A DNA stretch of 64,000 bases from contig CAYILR010000014.1 in the NCBI GenBank assembly GCA_964364175.1, positions 4,335-68,334 on the forward strand. Direction: 5' to 3'. The notes under the pieces were generated by a model that saw only the letters and a list, made by a program, of their open reading frames with translations, did not search any database and was not told where the DNA came from. The stretch is from an uncultured Bacteriovoracaceae bacterium (GTDB lineage Bacteria > Bdellovibrionota > UBA1018). Within the stretch, counting starts at the first letter, position 1, and every line of letters starts with the position of its first letter. The position numbers were made by a program, and so were the translations under genes. This document shows, piece after piece, positions 27,105 to 36,075 of the stretch.

Positions 27105-29292
27105 ACCGACACTTCTATTAGAGGAGTTTAAAAAGCAGGGAATTAAAAACTGCGTGGGAGTTCCTGATTCAACATTGCAAACTCTTGTTGAGGCGATTTC
27201 ATTAACGCCTGAAATGGATCACCAGATTGCTACCAACGAGGCAGAAGCAATGGCGTTAGCGCTTGGACAATTCTTGGCAACGGGGAAGCCTTCTCTCGTT
27301 TATCTTCAAAATTCGGGTCTCGGAAATATTATCAACCCACTGACCTCTCTTTTTCTGGAAGACTCCTATCGGATTCCTGCGATTTTGATGGTGGGTATGC
27401 GTGGCGATGTTGAAAGCGGCAGCGATGAACCACAGCACTTGTTGATGGGGCGAATCACTTCGCCGCTTTTGGATTTGGCCGGTGTGACTCACGAGGTACT
27501 TTCTCAGGATCCCTCGGATTGGGTCAATCAATGTTCTAAACTTTTTAGGGAAGCCACCGAGAATCGTCTTCCGGTTGCTTTGCTGTTTCCACGAAATCGT
27601 TTGCGCAAACCGAGCCATTCCGAAAAGGAAAAGGGAGCATCCGAACTCTATTCTCTTTCGAGGAGGGAGGCGATTGAATCTCTTCGCAAAGAACTTCCTC
27701 CTTCAACTTTTTTTGTTTCCTCGATCGGAAAAGCTTCTCGAGAGTTGTTTGAAATCAACGAATCCCAGGGGCATGGACATGCCAGTGCCTTTTATGGAAT
27801 CGGTGGGATGGGATGTAGTTCTGGAGTGGCTCTGGGCTATGCGCGGAGTATGCCGCAAAGAGATGTTTGTGTTTTCGATACCGATGGCGCAGCGCTCATG
27901 CATTTGGGAAATTTGGCCACCATTGGTCATTGTAAGCCTCCTAATTTGTTTCACATTCTTTTGGATAATGAAGCCCACGATTCAACGGGAGGTCAATGGA
28001 CGGCTTCGAGTTCAACCGACTTAAGTGAAGTAGCTCGAGCGTGTGGCTATCCTTGGGTCCGTCGCGTAGAAACTTTGACCGAATTGCAAACGGCATTGGA
28101 GGAAGGGAAAAGAGTAAGCGCCCTTCGATTTTTACATATCAAATGCAGAAGAGATCAAAATGAAAAACTAGGACGTCCAACACACCTGCCACAGAAACAA
28201 ATAGCCGAGATTTTAGCAGCCCGAGCTCAAAGCGAATTGATTGAGGGGAGAGGAAGCATCAGTCAACTATCCTCGATTCTTGATTGTTTAGAATCCAAAC
28301 GTTGTCTTTTAGTGAGTCGGAACGAGGATTACTCCCACCATCTATTGAGCAGGAGTCATCGATCGGAAGTGAGATCGTATCGGTTGTCTACTCCGTTGCT
28401 TACACTCGAAAATATTGAAGAGGCACAGCGAGTTCTTTTTGATCCAGGAAATTGGGAGCCGGACACCATCGTGAGCATTGGTGGGGGCTCGGTGATCGAT
28501 CTTGCAAAAATATTGCACCATAGATCCACTAGCATTCGACACCATGTAGCGGTTCCCACCACAGCTGGAACGGGTTCTGAGGTCACTCCGTTTGCCACTT
28601 ATTATGTGAATGGAAGGAAGGAGAGCCTTGCTGATTCACGAATTTTGCCGGATCGAGTGATCTTGGATTCAAGTCTTCTGGAGAGCCTACCGGAAAGAAT
28701 AGTCATATCTTGTGCGCTGGATGCTTTTTCTCATGCAGTTGAATCACATTGGTCGATTCAGTCGAATCCAGAATCGCTCTGTTATTCTGCCCGTGCGCTT
28801 ACACTTTTGCGCGAACACTGGGTCGAGGTCGATCGAGCCCATTTGATGGCAAAAGAGCACTTAGCTGGGCTGCAAAAGGCAGCGTACTGGTCGGGAAAGG
28901 CAATTGCAATTTCACAAACTACCTTAGCACATGCATTGTCATATGGATTGTCCGCAGAGGAAGGTGTTCCTCATGGTATTGCTGTTTTTTTAAATCTTCC
29001 CACTGTAACAAGATACAACATCGAAACTCATGAGGAGACAGCGTCTGATCCCCGCGGTTTAAATTTCATGAATGCGCGTTTGTCCGAGATTGCCAGGTAT
29101 TTGGGATGTCGATCTGTTGCCGAGTTGCCGGTCTTAATGGATAATCTGATCCAAAAATTTGGCCTCAGAGAACTGCAACAGTCTCTCGATGGCAAAATCT
29201 CCAAGAGAATTGCAACGGCAAAGTTTTTTGGTCGATCCAAAAACAATCCTAGAAAATTTGATGAGGAGGCTCTTCGTGAATATTTTAGATAG
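27088..29292 (+). CDS. ppd: Phosphonopyruvate decarboxylase fused to an Fe-dependent alcohol dehydrogenase (phosphonoacetaldehyde reductase)
   Basis: GVPDS, YLQNSGLGN..NPL.SL, DEPQH and TPP motif DGAALM...N. The C-terminal half has GGGSVIDLAK, PTTAGTGSE, DAFSHAVES, AHALSY and PHG. Confidence 0.9.
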   Translation: MITGIEPTLLLEEFKKQGIKNCVGVPDSTLQTLVEAISLTPEMDHQIATNEAEAMALALGQFLATGKPSLVYLQNSGLGNIINPLTSLFLEDSYRIPAILMVGMRGDVESGSDEPQHLLMGRITSPLLDLAGVTHEVLSQDPSDWVNQCSKLFREATENRLPVALLFPRNRLRKPSHSEKEKGASELYSLSRREAIESLRKELPPSTFFVSSIGKASRELFEINESQGHGHASAFYGIGGMGCSSGVALGYARSMPQRDVCVFDTDGAALMHLGNLATIGHCKPPNLFHILLDNEAHDSTGGQWTASSSTDLSEVARACGYPWVRRVETLTELQTALEEGKRVSALRFLHIKCRRDQNEKLGRPTHLPQKQIAEILAARAQSELIEGRGSISQLSSILDCLESKRCLLVSRNEDYSHHLLSRSHRSEVRSYRLSTPLLTLENIEEAQRVLFDPGNWEPDTIVSIGGGSVIDLAKILHHRSTSIRHHVAVPTTAGTGSEVTPFATYYVNGRKESLADSRILPDRVILDSSLLESLPERIVISCALDAFSHAVESHWSIQSNPESLCYSARALTLLREHWVEVDRAHLMAKEHLAGLQKAAYWSGKAIAISQTTLAHALSYGLSAEEGVPHGIAVFLNLPTVTRYNIETHEETASDPRGLNFMNARLSEIARYLGCRSVAELPVLMDNLIQKFGLRELQQSLDGKISKRIATAKFFGRSKNNPRKFDEEALREYFR

Positions 29293-29866
29293 CTGTGTCC
29301 TTGCAATCATCATTGTTGGAGTTTTCTTGGTGGTGGGAGTACCTCAGGCTTTTTGGCTGAGGTCAAATACCATTCGCAAGTGTCGGATTCCGCTAGATGC
29401 CGGGAAAACTTTTCGTGGGAGGAGAATTTTCGGAGAGAACAAAACTCTCGGTGGTCTTGTCGTGATGGTGCCGGGGATTACTCTTGCATTTGGTATGACG
29501 GGACTTGCTTTGGCATATTGGGCACCCGAGTGGCTCGAAATCATCGGCTGGCCGGTTCGAAGTGAAGAGTGGTTGCTTTTGGGTTTCGTGACCTCTTGCT
29601 GTTATATGTTGGGAGAATTACCCAATTCATTCGTTAAACGACAGTGGGGAGTTCCCGCAGGAGGCATCCCCGACCACAGGCTAGGGAGATTGCTCTGTTT
29701 TGTGGCAGACCAAGTGGACTCCGTTTTTGCATTTATGTTGGCCCTGGTTTTTCTCGTACCGACGAGTTGGACGTTGTTTGGATTTATTTTTGTTTTTGGA
29801 GCAGTAGCTCATTGGCTTTATAATGTCGTTTTGTTTAAAATGGGATTGAAGTCTCGGGCAGGCTGA
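29276..29866 (+). CDS. CDP-archaeol synthase (CarS/DUF46)-like membrane cytidylyltransferase
   Basis: PLDAG...GRRIFGENKT..G, GELPNSFVKRQ.G and DQVD motifs. GAGGAGG precedes GTG 29276; ATG 29261 is an alternative start. Confidence 0.8.
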   Translation: MNILDSCVLAIIIVGVFLVVGVPQAFWLRSNTIRKCRIPLDAGKTFRGRRIFGENKTLGGLVVMVPGITLAFGMTGLALAYWAPEWLEIIGWPVRSEEWLLLGFVTSCCYMLGELPNSFVKRQWGVPAGGIPDHRLGRLLCFVADQVDSVFAFMLALVFLVPTSWTLFGFIFVFGAVAHWLYNVVLFKMGLKSRAG

Positions 29867-30604
29867 ATGATTTGGCGAAATTGGACTCTGACAAAAACTG
29901 CAGTTTGGTTCATTTATTGGGTCGATTTTACACTGTTTTACTATCTCTGGCCGAGAATATTGGAAATTCTCGGGTTTTCTATGGCAAAAATTTGGACCTA
30001 CCCGGATCGATTTTCCAAGCGGGCGTGTCGCTTGTTTGGGATTGAACTGAAGGTTCACAAAATGCAGGCGCTCTCGGTGAGGAATGCAATTGTCGTTGCC
30101 AATCATCGATCGTGGATGGATCAGATTGTTTTGGTGGCAGCGCTTCGCGGACTGAATCTTCGGTTTATGGCAAAGGCCGACTATTTGAAAATTCCCATCC
30201 TCAAGCAGGTCATGGAGCTGTATGGATTTTATTTTGTGCGCGATGGAAAGTTGCTGGAACCCGACAGAGAGAGACTGATTTCGGATTTGAAAAACGGGGC
30301 CTCAGTCGTGATTTATCCCGAGGGCACGCGCGGTTCAGGAAATCAGTTGTTGCCCTTCAAATCAGGAGCATTTCGCTTGGCTCAGCAAACCGGTGTTCCG
30401 GTGCTACCTGTGTTTATTATCGGCACCGAGGGAATTCTGTCCAAAAAAAATTCTCTGCTTAGCATACATCCGGGCAAGGTCGAGGTTTGGATTGGGGCGC
30501 CGGTATGTTTTCAGACTTCTGATGCACATCAGGAATTTGAATTAGAATATCGAAAAAAATTCGAATCCCTGGTGGCTGATCATCGAGAAATCCAACCGTC
30601 GTGA
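29867..30604 (+). CDS. PlsC-family acyltransferase
   Basis: NHRSWMD, FMAK, YPEGTR and PFKSGAF motifs. Confidence 0.9.
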   Translation: MIWRNWTLTKTAVWFIYWVDFTLFYYLWPRILEILGFSMAKIWTYPDRFSKRACRLFGIELKVHKMQALSVRNAIVVANHRSWMDQIVLVAALRGLNLRFMAKADYLKIPILKQVMELYGFYFVRDGKLLEPDRERLISDLKNGASVVIYPEGTRGSGNQLLPFKSGAFRLAQQTGVPVLPVFIIGTEGILSKKNSLLSIHPGKVEVWIGAPVCFQTSDAHQEFELEYRKKFESLVADHREIQPS

Positions 30605-30678
30605 TGAAAATCTGCGTTTGGAAGGATCTCAAAACCATGCAGCGGTACATTCGGCTCGTCGGAGTCGACGAGGCAGGA
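30595..30678 (+). pseudogene. Relic of a tyrosine integrase 3' end
   Basis: Encodes TVVMKICVWKDLKTMQRYIRLVGVDEAG, 26/28 aa identical to 18513-18596 of the intact integrase. Confidence 0.85.
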
Positions 30679-30682
30679 CAGG

Positions 30683-30697
30683 GGGTCTGTCACCCCA
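30683..30697. repeat. 15-bp direct repeat GGGTCTGTCACCCCA, copy 2
   Basis: Identical to 20323-20337 and directly after the integrase relic. Confidence 0.6.
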
Positions 30698-30816
30698 AAA
30701 ACCCTAGGGGTTGTTAAACAAAGAGATTTAATGACTGTCCAGGCCACTTTTTGTTTCATAAATAATTGCAATGGATGATTTGGCGTGTTAATGCCCTCGT
30801 CGAGGAGAGCTGAGAC

Positions 30817-31419
30817 TTGAGAGTTTTGTTGTGTATTTTTGTACTATTACTTTGCGGGTGGGTGAATGCGGACACTTATTTTAACCATCCAGGGGATCGG
30901 TTTCCGACTATTTTCAGCGCTGAACACTTGCTTGCGCCCGAGCTGACCGAACATTTTGACAGTGTCCAGATTTTCTTGCCGCCGTTCGTTGACAGGCCTC
31001 AGCTTAAATATCACTACAATAACCGAAACGTTTCGAAGACGATTTTTTTCAATCAAATGGACTTCCTCAAGATTCGTTCTAATGCCTACGGGATCTACGA
31101 AGTCCAGTTTCAGTTTTCGGACCCAGATCTCAACGGGTTTGCGGGAGACTTCGGTGAAGAAGTTTTGACTCATAAGATCGAGGTGGTTTTCTTTTTTAAA
31201 AAAGATCCCCGCCATTTTGAAAACACTCTTTTGGGTATCGAGGATTACAAACGCTTGCGTTACGAGCACTATGTGACATTGATTCCGCCCAAATCATTCA
31301 TGAGATTGGATCCCAAAGTGGTAACCGCAAGCTTTCACCATGTCACGGTCGAGAATGCGGTGAAGCGAGATCCTCGCGCGCGTCGTTGCGGAAGATTATT
31401 GCATAAGGGCGTGTTTTGA
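30817..31419 (+). CDS. Secreted hypothetical protein
   Basis: Signal peptide (…GWVNA) and GAGGAG upstream of a TTG start. Confidence 0.6.
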   Translation: MRVLLCIFVLLLCGWVNADTYFNHPGDRFPTIFSAEHLLAPELTEHFDSVQIFLPPFVDRPQLKYHYNNRNVSKTIFFNQMDFLKIRSNAYGIYEVQFQFSDPDLNGFAGDFGEEVLTHKIEVVFFFKKDPRHFENTLLGIEDYKRLRYEHYVTLIPPKSFMRLDPKVVTASFHHVTVENAVKRDPRARRCGRLLHKGVF

Positions 31420-31515
31420 ATTTGGCTAAGCGCATTGTTTTATAGTTTTCTAGGTAGCCGATTGCAGATGAGTTGACCCACCTGTTGTAGTTGCTGAAGT
31501 TCAGCTTTTGTCGCG

Positions 31516-32598
31516 CTATAGTTCGCTGCTTCTCAACATGTCTTCCACTGTTACCCCGAGGCCGAGCTTAAGAGCTAAGTTCTGGTCAAACGGGTTCTTA
31601 AAGGACTGGATGAAGTCAAGCCATTCACGGCTCAAATGGAGGTAATAGTATTTATAGCTGCTGAGTGGAAAGCGAAGGAGCCGGACATTAATCAATGGAT
31701 AGTCACTTCCGTAGTAGAAGCGTCCCGGAAACTCGAGTGCGTGCCGGACGTGGTTGAACTTGTTGACCAGTTCGAGCGCCGAGATATCAAACTTGAGCTG
31801 AGGATACTTCCTGAGTATTTCTTTCGTTCTTTTGAGGGCAGACTCACCTTTGAATTTTCCTGCAGTTCCCATATGTGCCGCGACGATCTTAACCCCCATC
31901 TTCAAAGGTTTTTCCAAACGGCTGGGGTCGCAGAGGTCGTTTTCAGCAAACAGAAAAGAATGCTCAGTTCCGACGTGAGTGATCAGAGTCAGATCCAGTT
32001 CAATCAGTTTAGAATAAAAAGCGCTCATTTTTTCATTTTCCGCGGCCGGATCGATTCCCATGATGCTCGGGATCCATTTGATAAAAATAGCGCCGTCCCT
32101 CTTGGCATTTTCAAGTTCAGTCAAGGCATCGGTGCGATAGGGGTGTACACTTGCGGCATAGAGCAGGTTTCGGTGTCGTCTGACCTGTTTAAGGACATAC
32201 GAATTGGGGACCAGAACCTGGGTTCTTTCAAGATCCAAGGTGCCATCGAGGTGATAATATCCGTCTAATGCCAGGACCACCGCCTTCGACAAAAACTCGG
32301 ATTGGGCGACGAGATCAGACAGTCGGTCCGCAATCAGATCATCGGCGTCAGGAGATTGGGCTTCCTCTTTGCTCAGGCCGAATGCATCAATATAGACGCT
32401 GTACTTCCAGTGTTTTAGAAAGGCGGGCAGGATTCGACATCCGTTTTTTTCTGCGGATGTGCAGGCCAAGTGAGTGTGAACGTCGATTACTTTTTTTCTA
32501 AGAATCTCATACTGTTCAAATCCCGCCGGAAAAATCCGGTGGTCATTTTCTGCCATTGAAGTTGCGGTGAAAAAAAGTAGGGCGAGAAGGTGAAACAT
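31516..32598 (-). CDS. Secreted amidohydrolase-family protein
   Basis: Signal peptide, IDVHTH, THVG, AAHMG and GSDYP motifs. Confidence 0.85.
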   Translation of the reverse strand: MFHLLALLFFTATSMAENDHRIFPAGFEQYEILRKKVIDVHTHLACTSAEKNGCRILPAFLKHWKYSVYIDAFGLSKEEAQSPDADDLIADRLSDLVAQSEFLSKAVVLALDGYYHLDGTLDLERTQVLVPNSYVLKQVRRHRNLLYAASVHPYRTDALTELENAKRDGAIFIKWIPSIMGIDPAAENEKMSAFYSKLIELDLTLITHVGTEHSFLFAENDLCDPSRLEKPLKMGVKIVAAHMGTAGKFKGESALKRTKEILRKYPQLKFDISALELVNKFNHVRHALEFPGRFYYGSDYPLINVRLLRFPLSSYKYYYLHLSREWLDFIQSFKNPFDQNLALKLGLGVTVEDMLRSSEL

Positions 32599-32785
32599 GC
32601 CTTGACGTTAGCACAAAAGACACCCGATTGACGATAATTTGAGTTTGAAACGACTGGGGCCTTGCAAACACGTCAACCCGAAGCGCTTTTTTTGAGCAGA
32701 GATTTTTTCTATTTACATTCCTCACTCTCGTAGTTAAAAGAGCAAAAATCGATAACAATTATCAATTTTTAAAATTGGGAGTTTT

Positions 32786-33154
32786 ATGAAAAAAATGTGG
32801 TTAATTTTTGGGATGATCGCTGCGGCATGTGCCATGAATCCAGCATTCGCTTTCGAGCAGTGCAACGTTAAAAAAATCCGTGTCAATCAACTTGTGTTTC
32901 CCGGGGACTACGTTGAGCGACTCGAGACTAAACTCCTGGCCAGTGGGTATACGCTGGACGAGACGCGCTCTGGACTGACTGTGTCTTACTTCCTCACTGC
33001 CTCTCATCGGGGAAGCCCTAGTCATCACGGATTCAAAACCACTCTCAGCATCTGGAACGAAAGTGGGGAGAAAGAATGGTCCACCTACACCCGCACCGGC
33101 AATCGTCAAAGCTTGATCGACGCCATCCCCCTTTGCACGCAATCAAATCTTTGA
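32786..33154 (+). CDS. Small secreted hypothetical protein
   Basis: RBS GGGAG, signal peptide ending AFA and a terminal Cys pair. Confidence 0.65.
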   Translation: MKKMWLIFGMIAAACAMNPAFAFEQCNVKKIRVNQLVFPGDYVERLETKLLASGYTLDETRSGLTVSYFLTASHRGSPSHHGFKTTLSIWNESGEKEWSTYTRTGNRQSLIDAIPLCTQSNL

Positions 33155-33213
33155 TTCATCAGGTTGGGGTATGAGACGAACACCGCTTCAGGGCTTTCTT
33201 TAGCTCTCACGAG

Positions 33214-34263
33214 CTATTTTTTAATTGCATAAACCTGAGCAAGACCGGGCGCTGTGCGATAGTGAATCTCGTGAATATTTTGATATCCGGATTCCTTCAA
33301 CCACGCACCGATTTCACCTGTGGACCAGGTCCCGGATTGGCTAGTGAGGCAGAAGTACAGATCTAAGAAAGCACCCATTTGATTTTTGTCTGAGGGAATG
33401 TCGCTTCGTTCAGTCTCGAGAATCGAAAACACTCCACCTGGCTTTAATGCGCGAAAAACCTTTTTGGCCACAGCGATGTTTTGTTCTTTGGAAAAGTGAT
33501 GCGCAACGTTCGCCATCCAAACAAAGTCATACGCTCCGTCCTCGAGCTGATCCGTCAAAACGTTCCCAGCAACAATCTCAAGGCGCTGACCCAAACCCTG
33601 CTTTTGCACAAAAGGGCGTGCATGCTCTACCGCCGAAGGCAGATCTAAAATTCGCGACGAAAGTCCAGGATACTTTTTCAAAAAAGCCGCCGAATAGGTT
33701 CCTCCCGAACCCCCAATGTCCAGCATCCGAGTGGCAGATTTAGGAATAGGAGTTCTCGATACGGTTTCTCCCAGTGCCAGCTTGCCGATATCCACCATGC
33801 CCGCCTGATACGATGCCCAGAGTTTTGGATCTTCGCTCAAGTGCAAATCCATAGCAGTGCCTGTACGCACGTAATTTTCTAATCGAGACATCACATCCCA
33901 TTCCATCAACTGGAATTTGAGTTTATTACAAATATTGGCAGGGCTGCTCTGGATCAGCCATTTTTTTGCGACCGGTGCTAAGGTGTATGCCTTTGATTTG
34001 GACTGATATTTAACGTATCTGCAACCCACCAAAGCACCCAGTAAAGCACGCGTGGCTTTGGGGTTGGTTTTGCAAAACTGCGCTACTTGCTCGGCAGTTT
34101 GAGGACCATTCTCCAGCGCTTCAAAAACATTCAACTCCACAGCAGCCATAATGGAACGAGCCATGGTAAATGCCATTTGTGTGGTCAACAACGGTTCAGG
34201 TGCTAGTAGACTTTTCAGAACCAAAACTTCGATGGGGTTAGAAGGTATGACTCCGACTCGCGT
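33214..34263 (-). CDS. SAM-dependent O-methyltransferase with dimerisation domain
   Basis: AAVELNVFE wHTH, LDIGGSGG, LDLP and NVAHH. The ORF caller starts at TTG 34224, but the RBS points to ACG at 34263. Confidence 0.88.
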   Translation of the reverse strand, partial: TRVGVIPSNPIEVLVLKSLLAPEPLLTTQMAFTMARSIMAAVELNVFEALENGPQTAEQVAQFCKTNPKATRALLGALVGCRYVKYQSKSKAYTLAPVAKKWLIQSSPANICNKLKFQLMEWDVMSRLENYVRTGTAMDLHLSEDPKLWASYQAGMVDIGKLALGETVSRTPIPKSATRMLDIGGSGGTYSAAFLKKYPGLSSRILDLPSAVEHARPFVQKQGLGQRLEIVAGNVLTDQLEDGAYDFVWMANVAHHFSKEQNIAVAKKVFRALKPGGVFSILETERSDIPSDKNQMGAFLDLYFCLTSQSGTWSTGEIGAWLKESGYQNIHEIHYRTAPGLAQVYAIKK

Positions 34264-34353
34264 AAAAAACTCCCTTTTCCGTCCTGCAGAATTGAAAGAT
34301 TTTTTAGCTCAACTCACTCACTGAGGAAAGTAAAAATTGGGCCAGGTTACTCA

Positions 34354-34761
34354 TCAGTGCTGATAGCCAGGATTCAAACTCCGAAGCGCGCCCTCCAACA
34401 AGCGATCTGCATGGACTGCTGAAGATTTTATGTTTGAATCTCCCAAGACCTCCATCAGTGCCGAAGGTTTAGCCAACTCAACCGAAATACGCCCCTCCGA
34501 AATTTCTCGAACCACAGCATTGCATGGCAATAAGCTCGTCACATCTGGATTTTCCAGATAGGCCTCATAAGCCAGATTGGGATTGCAAGCGCCCAAGATC
34601 ACAACTGGCGCAATGTCCTTGCCGATTTTCTCTTTTATTTTTTTATGCAGATCAATCCGGGTAAGAACACCAAATCCTTCTTTTTTTAAAGCCTCTGTAA
34701 CGCGCTCGACTGCTTCATCAACTGTGCCAGAAATTTCTGTTTTAAAATTAATCTTCGTCAT
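34354..34761 (-). CDS. DUF302 family protein
   Basis: GFGVLTRID...ILGACNP..A...LLPCN motif. Confidence 0.85.
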   Translation of the reverse strand: MTKINFKTEISGTVDEAVERVTEALKKEGFGVLTRIDLHKKIKEKIGKDIAPVVILGACNPNLAYEAYLENPDVTSLLPCNAVVREISEGRISVELAKPSALMEVLGDSNIKSSAVHADRLLEGALRSLNPGYQH

Positions 34762-35020
34762 GATGATGATGCCTGCCTTTTTTCATTCCCATCATCGGGC
34801 AACCTTCACCCTTATTATCATTACAGGCTTTTCGCATCTCTTCATGGCAATCCTTCATGGGCTTTTCGGATCGCAAGCAAACGGCCATTTTTTCATGAGC
34901 CTCGGCCATCTTGCTTCTTTGTTCTGCTGTCATCGCTGGTTTTCCTTTTGGCTCCTCGGCCGATACGGCGCTACCCACCAAACTTGATAAAAACAATAAA
35001 ACGAATGCTGCTTGATTCAT
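34748..35020 (-). CDS. Small secreted Met/Cys/His-rich protein
   Basis: Signal peptide, four Cys, many Met and an HHHH tail. RBS AGGAG. Confidence 0.7.
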   Translation of the reverse strand: MNQAAFVLLFLSSLVGSAVSAEEPKGKPAMTAEQRSKMAEAHEKMAVCLRSEKPMKDCHEEMRKACNDNKGEGCPMMGMKKGRHHHHDED

Positions 35021-35196
35021 GATGGTTCTCCTTGTTGTGGCTATCACTGCAACTCCATTGCAAATTACAGTGCAATTGCCATACCACCACAATTGCGCCT
35101 CATTCAGCTTGTTTTTCGGTAAAAGAAAGACAGTTTGACTCAAACCAGTGACAATATGTCCAAACTCTCAGAAATCACTTCCGTTGTCGGAATTCC

Positions 35197-36075
35197 TCAT
35201 TCCGATAACGGGAAAAACTGGACGTTGAGCTGGTAAACCTCTTGCGATGATCCTTCGGTGAGGAGCTCGGCCATTTCGGTTTTAAACTTCTCAATCTTGT
35301 CTTTGGCGATGGCAATCTTGTCTTTGCGGATAGCGAGCGTGGCGGCACTGATCGACCGGCTCTGATAGGCTTCCACTGAGTCGCGACTGAGGTGCTCTCC
35401 TGCTTTTTCGATCATTTGGCGGTGATAATTTCGGATGGCGGCTTCGGATTTTGAGTTCTTGAAACTCAGGTGTTGCGAGGTCTTAACCAGTTGACCATTA
35501 GGTTGCCTGCTCATGAGTCCGAGCTCGAGGAGTCGCTCGATCGACTCCTTGGCTTGTTCTGGATGGATCTTGAGCCGTCTCGAGATCCAGAGTGGATCCG
35601 ATTTAAACCCTTCGGTCGTGGCTAGGTCCAAAATCGCCAAGGTATACCAATGGGAGATGAGGTGGAACTCGTCTGTGCCCAGGACACGACAGAGCTTCAT
35701 AAAATTATTTTTGTTCGAGGCGTTTTTGATTTCGAGTCGAATGGGCTGGAGCTTTTCCACCACTCGTTTGGAGAGTTTGGCATTCTGGGGAAGGTGAGCC
35801 AGCGTGAGATTCATCAGATGCTCCGACTGACTCTCCGACAAACCCAGTAGTGCTGCTACGCGAGTCGCCTGGGACAATGTCAGTGATCGCTTGCCGTTGA
35901 GGATCAGGCTCAGCAGCGTTTGGCTCATCCCGAGATCTCTTGCGAAAGCTCGAGTCGAGTACTGAGAGCGCCCCTTCTTTTTTTGAAGATAGAGCGCTCT
36001 CAGAAAGTCTGATGGAGTATGAGGGATAAGTGAGGAAGACATTTGCATCAGTCCTTTGTAGCTAGAAGAATTCAC
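35197..36075 (-). CDS. TIGR02147/DUF4423-like HTH protein
   Basis: YSTRAFARDLG.S...LSLILNGKR HTH, WY.LAIL, AIRNYHRQM and C-terminal VYQLNVQFFPL. Confidence 0.85.
   Translation of the reverse strand: MNSSSYKGLMQMSSSLIPHTPSDFLRALYLQKKKGRSQYSTRAFARDLGMSQTLLSLILNGKRSLTLSQATRVAALLGLSESQSEHLMNLTLAHLPQNAKLSKRVVEKLQPIRLEIKNASNKNNFMKLCRVLGTDEFHLISHWYTLAILDLATTEGFKSDPLWISRRLKIHPEQAKESIERLLELGLMSRQPNGQLVKTSQHLSFKNSKSEAAIRNYHRQMIEKAGEHLSRDSVEAYQSRSISAATLAIRKDKIAIAKDKIEKFKTEMAELLTEGSSQEVYQLNVQFFPLSE

Noticed and set aside
22157-29866. Archaeal-type ether lipid pathway (UbiA-like plus CarS-like)
   Set aside because: There is no GGGP synthase, G1P dehydrogenase or polyprenyl synthase in the window, and two acyltransferases point to ester lipids.
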